Assembly (NCBI GenBank): GCA_040954595.2
Contig: CM082577.2
Span: 2,790,001 to 2,854,000 of the forward strand
Direction of reading: 5' to 3'
Origin: Balanoglossus misakiensis
Lineage: Eukaryota > Animalia > Hemichordata
DNA length: 64,000 bases
Numbering within the stretch: position 1 is the stretch's first letter; the number at the start of each line of letters is the position of its first letter. A program made the position numbers and the translations under genes. The notes under the pieces are model-generated. The model ran no database searches. It was not told where the DNA came from and saw only the letters and a program-made list of their open reading frames with translations. Shown piece after piece: positions 1 to 8,989 of this stretch.

Positions 1-60
1 TCAATGATGTTGTACTAGCTGCTATTAATTTCTTTTGTACATGCTATATATTATTTTCAG

Positions 61-342
61 TGAATCTGAACACAACTATCAACGGCACCATCATCCTCGA
101 TTGGAAATCTGTCCCAGTGGTCACTCGTGTCACCGTCATGACACCCACTGGACCCAAGACAGTGTACACCCCTGTGATGACCAACGTCAGCATTCCACTG
201 ATGACTGTACCACAGACCGTTAACAACATCACCACCACAAAGAATGTGACCGTGATGACCAGCGAGGGGGTCAAGACCATCTTTGCTAACGTACCATGGA
301 GTGTTCTCAATGTCACAAATGTTACCGCCACCGCCAACACGA
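61..342 (+). CDS. Exon: Thr/Val-rich module with many N-glycosylation sequons
   Basis: ttttcag acceptor at 59-60, gtaagt donor at 343; phase 1-1; frame of ORF 60..353. Confidence 0.8.
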
Positions 343-3300
343 GTAAGTGTTGATTCTGTCTTTCTGTGCACACACTCTGCATAACCACTGGCAAAGTGTG
401 TACATGTGCATACCTGATAGCTGTTTCAGTGGACAATATTAGTTACTTCAACCTTTTATATGTTACAAGTCTGTGTCAATAAGAACTTATGGGAGAACAA
501 GGTATTGAGGAAAGTATGCCAAATCCTGCGATAATTTGTACCTGGAGTGCATTTTGAAAATTCATCAAATCTTAACTTGAATCGGTGAATGTTTTTATGT
601 GTGTTTGATGTTGATGCTAAACTGATGGTGATACAACTTACTGAACTGGGTCATTCAAAACTGTGAAATGAAAAATGTAGCATTGTACATGTACATGTAT
701 GAAAACCAATATCTGAGGTGAGTTTTGCTTTGTTTTACTTCTGTGTCCACAGCTGTACCTGCATGCATTCGTCAAACTCAAATATCCAAGGAAATATTCG
801 GTGTTGTTGAACCCAACTGTTCACCAATCAATGGCAGCTATGAACCCCTGCAATACAACCCTGTGACCGGAGTCTACTACTGTGTCGACACCAACGGTGT
901 GACCATCCCCAACACAGTGACACCATCCGTCCTGCCTAAACCTGTCTGCGAACCATACAGGGATGGTGAGTTGTGAATGAATGAATGAATGAATGAATGG
1001 AGTGTAAAATATAAAATATGCTCGACCGTAGTTCCTGTCTTCTGAATGATCTTTATTTAAAACCAACGTTTCGGCAGTACACAGACTGCCTTCTTCAGGG
1101 TATACTAATGGAAACAAATAAAACACGATAGGAATCGGTTAAAATAGGTATGTGGTAAAAAGCAGTAAATTTCAGAAAATTAACAAAATTGGCATTACAA
1201 TAAAAGGCGTCTCTGTGTGACTAGAGGTTAAAAAATGAATGGTAATGACAAAAATTGTACATTTCATGGGAATAAAATCACTATATATGTGTAGAATGAA
1301 GAGAGAAACCAACCTTGATACGAAGTTGCAGCGTATCGAGAAGTACAGTGATGGTGTTGGAAACTGACTCCCTAGTGTGGGGCAGAAAGATCAAATATAG
1401 ACCCCCCAGGTGTGGTGAGAATAGAGGAACATGGTATGGAGGCATCATCCCTCCTTACGGTTGATACCATTTGGCGATAGGGTACCAAACTCAGTAATGA
1501 AGTAGAGTTCTTTTTGACGTCGGGTTTGTGTGTTGGGGCTGAATATTTTGCAGAGGCCACTGGCATGAAAGTGACTGAGGTTGTGACCAGGTTGGTTAAA
1601 ATGTTCTGAGACAGGGGTGGGTTTGTTATTTTTGATGGTGTAGATGTGTTCATACATTACCATTCATTTTTTAACCTCTAGTCACACAGAGACGCCTTTT
1701 ATTGTAATGCCAATTTTGTTAATTTTCTGAAATTTACTGCTTTTTACCACATACCTATTTTAACCGATTCCTATCGTGTTTTATTTGTTTCCATTAGTAT
1801 ACCCTGAAGAAGGCAGTCTGTGTACTGCCGAAACGTTGGTTTTAAATAAAGATCATTCAGAAGACAGGAACTACGGTCGAGCATATTTTATATTTTACAC
1901 TCTGTACTACGTCCGATGTGCTCCCGCCTTCCGCTGAAAACTTCGATAGTTGTAGTTGGACTGACTTTCCTACCTATCCTGAATGAATGAATGAATGAAT
2001 GAACGAACGAATGAATGAATGAACAAATGAATGAATTAATGGATGAATGAATGGATGGATGGATGGATGAATGGATGGATGAATGGATGAATGAATGAAT
2101 GAATGAATGAATTAATTAATGAACAAATGTGATTTTGAAAGGAAGCAACATTTGTTTACCATCATCTGCAAACAGAGCTGTGACCATTGACAATTTAGCA
2201 TATTTCAGCTACCAAATGGGAAAATAAGAGTTCTCCCTTGTAATAATGCTAGTATATACCGGTAGTTATAGCTAAAACATACGTGTAGATTACAGAAATT
2301 CCACTCAAAATTTTGAACACCAAGAAGACATGTACAATTTTGTATCCAAAGCTGAACTAGCTTTCTGAGTGCTTGTATGTACATGTAATTTCATTGCAGT
2401 CACATTGAAGGTGACCATCACTTCATATGGACACAAGCTCAACACAATCAGTTGGATCAACTCTGTAACTGTACTGAATGCATCAGGTAAGAAAGCCGAT
2501 CTTGTACATGTACATAGCACACACATAACAGAGAAGACAAAATAGAATACATACAATATGTCATAGTTGTAAAAAACTATTGACATTTTTCACGGCCCTT
2601 GAGCTGCAACTTTTGGCATATTTGTTGGCCTATTTCACAAATGGATGTTGTCGAGACATATGAAAGAATATCTGAAAAATTTGGAAAATATGTGAGGTCG
2701 ACATATTTCAGAGAGTTGCGACTCATGTGACTTTAGTACATAAACCTCTTTCTAAATCTTGCATTTGCTGTTACAGTCTCTCAGACTTGTCTGGAGCAGC
2801 GAAAGACAGCCTTGAAGACACCTGGCGCATTTGTTCCCTTCTGCGAATCAAACGGCACCTACACAGCGCTGCAGTGCAATCCAAACACGGGATACTGTTT
2901 CTGCGTCGACACCACCGGGCATGTCATTCCACAGACGTTGGCCCATGTCACCCAGGGAACACCCGCATGCTGGACCTTCAACCGTAATGGTAAAGTTGGT
3001 TTATGTTCATTTTGAGGTGCCTGCTGCAAAGTCGGCCCACCTGTACCTAGTGTGTACAAGCTTGTTCTAAAATGCTTCTGATATCACAGAGGTCATGTAC
3101 CACTTAGAGGAACTTAGAAGAAGGCAACCCTTTGAACGGACTTCAGATAAAAAATGGTATCATAGGTCATCACTCATCCATGATTTACATGACGATTTTT
3201 ATGATTTCCTAACTTCATTAACTTCCTCTTTTTGTGACCAACACAAACAACGTGCCTTTTCCGTTGTCGCGCCACAACTTTGGAATCCTCTGCCATCTGA

Positions 3301-6300
3301 CATTCAACAGGCTTCTAGTCTCAACATTTTCAAACAAAAACTCAAGACATTTCTATTTCTCAAAGCCTACGAACACTGATGTTATACTTTCAGCGCCTTT
3401 GGAAATAACATTGTTATTGATTCTGGCGCTTTATAAATGTTTGTTTTGATTGATTGATTGATTGATTGATTGAACACAGACAACAAAGACAACACAGTGA
3501 GCCCCTCAGTTGCACCCCCCACCGTGGAGCCTCCAACCTCACAGACGCTGTGTCAGACCCTCCAGCAGACTTACCAACCCATCCCAGGCGCATTCCATCC
3601 ACGCTGTGAAACTGACGGCACCTTCTCTCCAGTCCAATGCCAAGACAGTATTGGCTATTGCTATTGTGTGACCAGCGATGGCACTCCGATCCCAGGCACT
3701 GCTACTACTACCGGAAACCCTGACTGTTCTCCGTACACCTGTATGTCACCATTAACCTCATGATTTTGTTTAACTAAGCCATTTTGTTGTATCTATTTCT
3801 GTCGAATAATTGATATTATTCATTTTTTACACTGTCATTTGGTCAAACAAACTTAGTTTATCTTGTAGCTTACTCTGTTTTATACTGGTATTTTTGCCTA
3901 ATCCTTGACTAGTTCTAAATAATTTTAAAATGTTTTTCTCAACAGCCACACCAATCAAAGAAGATAAACCAGGTAAACAGAAGTAAAGCTTTCTAAATCT
4001 ATAAAAATTAACAAAGTAAGATTTTACTGATGAAAATCTGTTGATATTGGTGGCAGTTAATATTGTACCGGTATTTCACAAAATGACTCTCAAAAACGTT
4101 TCATAAATTTGACTATGTACAATGTTAACGATGTACTTCCAACTGAAGTGTGACATTTTTTTTTCAGTTCCTGTGCCCGCACGAAGGTGCCAGACCTCAC
4201 AGCACTTCTTCGACACCACCAACCAGCCACAAGCAGGCGCTGTCCGCCCCTGGTGTGAGACAGATGGTTCTTATTCCACCGTTCAGTGCCACGTAGGACT
4301 GGGTTACTGCTTCTGTGTCGATCCGACCACTGGAGAGGAGATTCCAGAATCCCAGACACGTGGCCGACCAGACTGCTCAGAATATGAGGATCCCACTGGT
4401 GAGAGAAATAACCACTGGAAATACTGTAAAATAGGAAATTTTTTGCAAATGATAAATTTTCATGAACTTCGCGAGAGCCAAGAAAAAACGCAAAAATAAA
4501 AAGTCGCGTAAAAATGTTTTTCAGAGGTAACTGTAGCTAAATTTCCATACTTTTAAAAATTCTATTTGGAATATGAGTATCAACATCAAGTTAAGAATCA
4601 AATAAGCAAATAAGATGGTATTGTATTTTTTCTTCTCTGCAGAAGAACCAGAACCTGAGGAAACCTATGATTGCTACCACCAAGGCGAAGGCTATGAGAG
4701 AGGAGGACGTCGCTTTGAAGACTGTAACAAGTGGTAGGCAATTATAACTTAGTCATTTTAAAACTGTACCATATTTTATACATTTAATACCAGTTTCCAG
4801 ATTGTGGGACGTGTGATGTTCACACTTCAATGTGTCAGCGGACATGATAGTAGTATTTATCATATTTGACACAGCAGTTTCTTTTGCAAAGTTTTATAAA
4901 AGCTAAAGTATGTCTGAAAATGTAGATGATACTTTGATGATATCTCTCATCAAAAGAGAGTGATGAAATTATCCTGAGAGAAGTAATTGCTTAGAAAGTA
5001 ATTGCTTAGAAAGGTAAGCACTGAAGATCTGAAAGAAAATTGTCTGGAAAACACATCGCCCGATTTTGACTTGTCAGCTTGACTTTCAAAAATCGTTCAT
5101 GTTGCTGTCTTTGAAATTAGATTTTATGGTCCTGAACTGACATACATTTTGAAATCGTTTCTCTGTAGTTGGTGCAGACCAGGCGGTGAATGGATTTGTA
5201 CCAGAAAGAAATGTCAGACTGGTAAGACAATTTTCTAATTTTTTGTGACATCAGACTCATATAGCCTGTCTTGCGCATATGACTTTGTGACTACAACTTG
5301 ACTGTATGATTCTAAAACAGAGTGAGAATTTTTATGTCAAATGTATGTGACCAGTACACATAGATGTACATCTTTTCATCTCAGGCGTTTGCTACAAGAA
5401 TGGAAGAAAAGTGAAATCAGGCACTACAATAAAGAAGGACTGCAATACATGGTGAGTAACTATGGGATTACAGCTGTTTTTGGGGTTGTTGGTATTCATT
5501 TTCACTGTTAAAAATCAATGAACCAAACTTTGAGAAAAAAAGTGATCTTTAACTTCCATAAAAGTACATGCCTGGGTATTTGGGCAATGCCCAACTTTTG
5601 CAACGTTGTTCACATTCAAATATAAAAGGAACAAAGTTCAAATCCTTTAAATGTTTAGTTCTTTATCACAACTCCTCATTTTACTGCAATATTAAAATGA
5701 TGAATGAAGTTCAAATGTGACATATTTCATCTGTATTCATACTGTGACTGTAATTGTAAAGGAAATTTGTTGTGTTTGTTGCAGTACATGTACAAGAGGA
5801 TCATGGGCATGTACTGAGATGGCGTGTCAACCAGAGATTATCAGACCACCCAGCTCTGGAAGGGAAAACAGCCCACGTAAGTAATTTTTTTTACTCAAAT
5901 GTCATCTAACAACAGCCCTGCAAGGATATTGTTGTACTATCGCTTTCATACCTCTTCTTGTTTTTGACCATGACAGCAAGTTGTGCAAATGGTGAACCAA
6001 TAGTCACCTGCCCAGAAGACCCATGTTGGGCAACACCAAGATGTGCCTCCAATCCATCAGCTGTCTGCATGCCAAACTACTGCGGAGGTTGCAACAGGGT
6101 CTTCTATGAACACGGCAGAGAAGTCACATGCGAGGTAACACAGGCTTAGTTAAGTATTTGCGGCCATAGCAGGACATTCTGATCATCCATGAATGAAATA
6201 ATTTATATAAAAAATAACTGGAATAACTTCTTATAAAACGTAATCAAATCCTGTCTTTTTTTTTGATGAAACAAAATATGAAATTTGTATCATAAAATTT

Positions 6301-6340
6301 TGTCTTATATCCTTATCTTTTCTTTTTCTAGGATTTCTAA
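61..6340 (+). CDS. Multi-exon gene (5' end outside window): thyroglobulin type-1 repeat / pacifastin-like multidomain Cys-rich secreted protein, likely protease inhibitor
   Basis: Exons joined in frame with AG/GT sites: 61-342, 753-965, 2777-2989, 3480-3740, 3946-3972, 4168-4398, 4643-4733, 5169-5221, 5385-5451, 5785-5876, 5977-6134, 6332-6340 (GAT TTC TAA). Four thyroglobulin motifs (P-x-C...G...QC...GYCxCV...G..IP), two C-N-x-C-x-C-..G-..C-T-xxx-C motifs; AATAAA at 6484-6489. Confidence 0.85.
753..965 (+). CDS. Exon: thyroglobulin type-1 repeat 1 (4-Cys variant)
   Basis: ACIRQ...EPNCSPINGSYEPLQYNPVTGVYYCVDTNGVTIP...PVC; ccacag acceptor, gtgagt donor. Confidence 0.85.
974..999. repeat. (TGAA)n microsatellite, left flank of Penelope insertion
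   Basis: tgaatgaatgaa... seen directly. Confidence 0.9.
1062..1101 (-). ncRNA. Minimal type I hammerhead ribozyme (PLE pLTR copy 1)
   Basis: Reverse complement of 1801-1840: ACC-CUGAAGA-A-GGCAGU-loop-ACUGCC-GAAAC-GUU-GGU. Confidence 0.75.
1801..1840 (+). ncRNA. Minimal type I hammerhead ribozyme (PLE pLTR copy 2)
   Basis: accCTGAAGAaggcagtctgtgtactgccGAAACGTTggt: CUGANGA and GAAA cores, 6-bp stem II, palindromic AACGTT stem III region, acc/ggt stem I. Confidence 0.75.
1980..2123. repeat. (TGAA/TGGA)n microsatellite, right flank of Penelope insertion
   Basis: Degenerate tetranucleotide tandem repeat seen directly. Confidence 0.9.
2777..2989 (+). CDS. Exon: thyroglobulin type-1 repeat 2
   Basis: TCLEQRKTALKTPGAFVPFCESNGTYTALQCNPNTGYCFCVDTTGHVIP...PAC; ttacag acceptor, gtaaag donor. 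Confidence 0.88.
3232..3472 (+). mobile_element. 3' end fragment of L2/CR1-clade LINE with (TTGA)n tail
   Basis: Encodes RAFSVVAPQLWNPLPSDIQQASSLNIFKQKLKTFLF, the typical ORF2 C-terminus of L2/Crack-type LINEs, followed by an agcgcc...ggcgct 3' stem and a short tandem-repeat tail. Confidence 0.8.
3480..3740 (+). CDS. Exon: Pro/Thr linker plus thyroglobulin type-1 repeat 3
   Basis: LCQTLQQTYQPIPGAFHPRCETDGTFSPVQCQDSIGYCYCVTSDGTPIPGT...PDC; acacag acceptor, gtatgt donor. Confidence 0.88.
3946..3972 (+). CDS. 27-nt linker microexon (STPIKEDKP)
   Basis: tttttctcaacag acceptor, gtaaac donor, frame-preserving phase 1-1. Confidence 0.6.
4168..4398 (+). CDS. Exon: thyroglobulin type-1 repeat 4
   Basis: RCQTSQ...AVRPWCETDGSYSTVQCHVGLGYCFCVDPTTGEEIPES...PDC; ttttcag acceptor, gtgaga donor. 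Confidence 0.88.
4422..4530. repeat. Fragment of dispersed repeat (probable non-autonomous DNA transposon), related copy at ~35903-36040
   Basis: aaaataaaaagtcgcgtaaaaatgttttt (~4492-4520) matches the reverse complement of ~36004-36032; both copies start with tactgt. Confidence 0.5.
4643..5221 (+). CDS. Exons 4643-4733 and 5169-5221: pacifastin-like repeat 1
   Basis: Spliced: CYHQGEGYERGGRRFEDCNKCWCRPGGEWICTRKKC; phase-2 intron inside the Cys codon. Confidence 0.8.
5385..5876 (+). CDS. Exons 5385-5451 and 5785-5876: pacifastin/VWC-like repeat 2
   Basis: Spliced: CYKNGRKVKSGTTIKKDCNTCTCTRGSWACTEMAC; same intron position as repeat 1. Confidence 0.8.
5977..6134 (+). CDS. Exon: C-terminal Cys-rich module (C..C..DPC...C......C..NYCGGC)
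   Basis: SCANGEPIVTCPEDPCWATPRCASNPSAVCMPNYCGGCNRVFYEHGREVTCE; tgacag acceptor, gtaaca donor. Confidence 0.8.
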
Positions 6341-6605
6341 AATTCTTGAAGATTACTTAGATGTGAATCCAACCTAAACATGGCCCGAGTCTTGAACTAT
6401 TTTTCGAGACATATTCCAGAAAAGATGATTGAGAGTTTTACATTTGAATTTTTTCTGTAATTTTGTATGTGATACAAAATTGAAATAAAAAGTAGTTTTT
6501 TATCAGTATTTTTGTGTGGAGGGGGTGGAGGTTGGTTGGTGATGATTACAAACTGCTATACTCAATTGTCCTCAAAAATGTTTTCACTGAACTCAGCTTA
6601 ACTAT

Positions 6606-6622
6606 GCCGCCTGAGGGCGCTC
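6606..6622 (+). promoter_or_regulatory. CTCF-like motif between convergent 3' ends
   Basis: GCCGCCTGAGGGCGCTC resembles the CCNCCAGNGGGCGC consensus; lies between poly(A) signals at 6484 (+) and 6735-6740 (-). Confidence 0.4.
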
Positions 6623-7031
6623 TTAGCAAAAAAGAGCCAGAAATATTCCCTAAGATCACAGACATATTTGTAAGCTACATCAATACATGTGTACACCACT
6701 AACACACAATTTCAGGATTCTTTAGGAAATTTTTTTTATTCCAACAATTACAAATCCAGCTTTGGAGAACACACACCGATATGTAATGGCTTACACAAAG
6801 ATCACCTTTCAAAATTTGAGCACAATGAGTGTAATTAAGACAAATAGCCCACAGAGTTTATTTTTAAATCTCATATTTTATTCCATATCAAATGAGAAGA
6901 AAACAATGGTTATTTCAGTAGCATCAATGGATCAAAAATATACTCGTGTAATACATTGTACATTCAACTGCACAACTCAAGACAAGTTTAGTGAAGTGAT
7001 ATAAAGACAAATGAATTGGAAGTGTCTCGTC

Positions 7032-8366
7032 TCAAAACCGGCTAAAGTGCATGGGTTTTCTATTCGATTTGGTTATTACTTTCCGTCCCTTCATGTAGGG
7101 TTGCAAAGGCGCTGGCACTTCCACACTACCATCTTCTCTTTGGTGAGTCTCGAGAAGGGCGATGATCATTCTTGGAACAGCACAGGCCGTTCCATTAACA
7201 GTGTGTACGTAACGTTCCCAGGCAGAGTCGTTGAGATATTTGATTTTCAATCTGCGACTCTGATAGTCTGTACAATTCGACGTACTAGAAATTTCACCGT
7301 AAGCATCTCTGCCAGGCATCCAAGCCTCTATGTCGTATTTGCGATAGGCGGGTGCACCCAGCTCTTCGGAAGGCATGTCCAGGACTCGGAAATGCAGGCC
7401 AAGCTCTGTGAAAAGCTCCTTTTCGATTCCCAGAAACTCCTGATGCAACTGCTCGCTTTGACATTCGTCCGATGCGATGGCAAACATCTCCACTTTTGTG
7501 AACTGGTGCACACGGTATATTCCCCGAGCTTCAGCCGTGTGGGCCGTCTCGGCCCGGTAGCACCTGCTGACAGCGGTCAGTCTCTGGGGCAGGTCTCCGG
7601 CCGCAAGGGTTCGCTTCATGTAGTAGCCAGCGACTGAGACTTCAGACGTGCCGGCCAAGCAGAGATCCTCGTCGTGCCTGGGGTCTAAATTGTACACTTG
7701 AGTCCTGACTCCTGAAGTGTGCATTCCGCAACCCTCGAAGACGACAGATTTGACAATGTCCGGCACGGAAATAAACTGAAACCCTTTCCTGAGGAGTCTG
7801 TCCAAGGAGTATCTTATCAATGCCTGTTCCAGCTCAGCCCCAGCGCCGATCAAGTAATAAGATCTGTGTCCCGTGAAATTGCCCAAATTCCTCACCCGTA
7901 ATATGTCAAGACCCTCCCCGATTGCGACGTGGTCTTTGGCCTTGAAATTGAATGTCTTCTTTTCACCGACAAATTCAACCACATTAGCTTGACTCTCATC
8001 GCCAACAGGAACGGCTGGGCTCATCTTATTTGGGAGCCGCAATGCCGCATCCGAAAGTTCTTGAGTCAGGCGTTCCTTCTCAGAGTCTGCCGCCGCCTTA
8101 CATCTTTCAAGAAGACCTTCCACCTCTTCCAAATTTCCGTCGCCTTTCCGGTTATACTTCCTGAGTTCCTGGACGTGCCGCTCGATGTAGTCCACATCCA
8201 GACTCATACGAAATTCTAAGTCGCGTTTCTTCGGTGCGGGCTCACTGGACTTGAATCTTGAGACAACTACCCATGGCCTGATGCAGTGCTTGCAATGCAG
8301 TGACGCCAACTGCTTTGCAAGACTCCACCTCATACATCCCTTCCAAGCTGTCATAGATGCGGTCAT
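7032..8366 (-). CDS. SARS2: Mitochondrial serine--tRNA ligase (single coding exon)
   Basis: Class II SerRS motifs LAGTSE, CYRAET, RGIYRVHQFTKVEMF, ELGAPAYRKYDIEAWMPGR, GEISSTSNCTDYQSRRL, HTVNGTACAVPR; basic N-terminal presequence; first ATG at 8366; 5'-UTR acceptor at 8401-8402; AATAAA on minus strand at 6735-6740. Confidence 0.95.
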   Translation of the reverse strand: MTASMTAWKGCMRWSLAKQLASLHCKHCIRPWVVVSRFKSSEPAPKKRDLEFRMSLDVDYIERHVQELRKYNRKGDGNLEEVEGLLERCKAAADSEKERLTQELSDAALRLPNKMSPAVPVGDESQANVVEFVGEKKTFNFKAKDHVAIGEGLDILRVRNLGNFTGHRSYYLIGAGAELEQALIRYSLDRLLRKGFQFISVPDIVKSVVFEGCGMHTSGVRTQVYNLDPRHDEDLCLAGTSEVSVAGYYMKRTLAAGDLPQRLTAVSRCYRAETAHTAEARGIYRVHQFTKVEMFAIASDECQSEQLHQEFLGIEKELFTELGLHFRVLDMPSEELGAPAYRKYDIEAWMPGRDAYGEISSTSNCTDYQSRRLKIKYLNDSAWERYVHTVNGTACAVPRMIIALLETHQREDGSVEVPAPLQPYMKGRKVITKSNRKPMHFSRF

Positions 8367-8989
8367 TCCCAATTATTTCTGCCAGTTTCTGTTAGTGTAC
8401 CTGCAAGAATGAATCAACAGGACATGTCACTAAAGCCACTCATGCTGCCTTCAGCATTTTTTAAACTTCCTATGATAATATGAGATGTTGCAATGCATTG
8501 TCTTAGTTCTGTTCAGTGATGCTGAGAGCACTCTTTGGTAAACATGTATTTTCAAATCAAACATTTGTGATCTTCCCATATCAAATAAGTAAAGGAAATG
8601 TGCAAGTGGAGTGCAATTATTCTGATACATGGCTTACAACACTAGCCTTATCATAAGTTATGACATCTGTGATCTTTGTATGCTAAACAACTTCTCAATC
8701 ACATCAACCAATCACAAGCTTCACAAAATGCACCTGGCAAATGACACATTTTGATTGGATAGTTGTCAGTCAGTTCATTTGCCAGATGGTCAGTGATGTG
8801 TCACTTCCATCATTCGAAACTGAACTTTCCATGATTCTGGTAGCCTTGGTCAGGGAATGTAGTGACTTGACAAAACTTGAGGTAGCCTTTTCTCCTGGCT
8901 TGCAGCGCCCATACCGGCCAAAGTAAGTAACAATTTTCTGTCATTTTTTCTCGACACGTGTAAATTTAAACTGTGCGCCACACATGTAC

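Larger units (their letters stand above)
1000..1979 (-). mobile_element. 5'-truncated Penelope-like retroelement (PLE) with inverted pLTR
   Basis: Minus-strand ORF fragment 1445-1654 (HIYTIKNNKPTPVSEHFNQPGH...KELYFITEFGTLSPNGIN) matches the C-terminal end of PLE GIY-YIG endonucleases; 248-bp inverted repeat 1000-1247 / 1655-1902 with an extension to ~1979; embedded in (TGAA)n. Confidence 0.85.

Noticed and set aside
1372-1653. 93-aa ORF overlapping the PLE fragment
   Set aside because: Alternative frame; the GIY-YIG similarity is in the 1445-1663 frame.
4979-5013. Short tandem duplications (also ~16820-16858, ~57148-57203) as possible CRISPR-like repeats
   Set aside because: Only two adjacent units with no spacers; ordinary slippage duplications in a eukaryote.
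7011-8219. Plus-strand ORFs of 208, 60 and 96 aa
   Set aside because: Antisense to SARS2 with no recognisable motifs.
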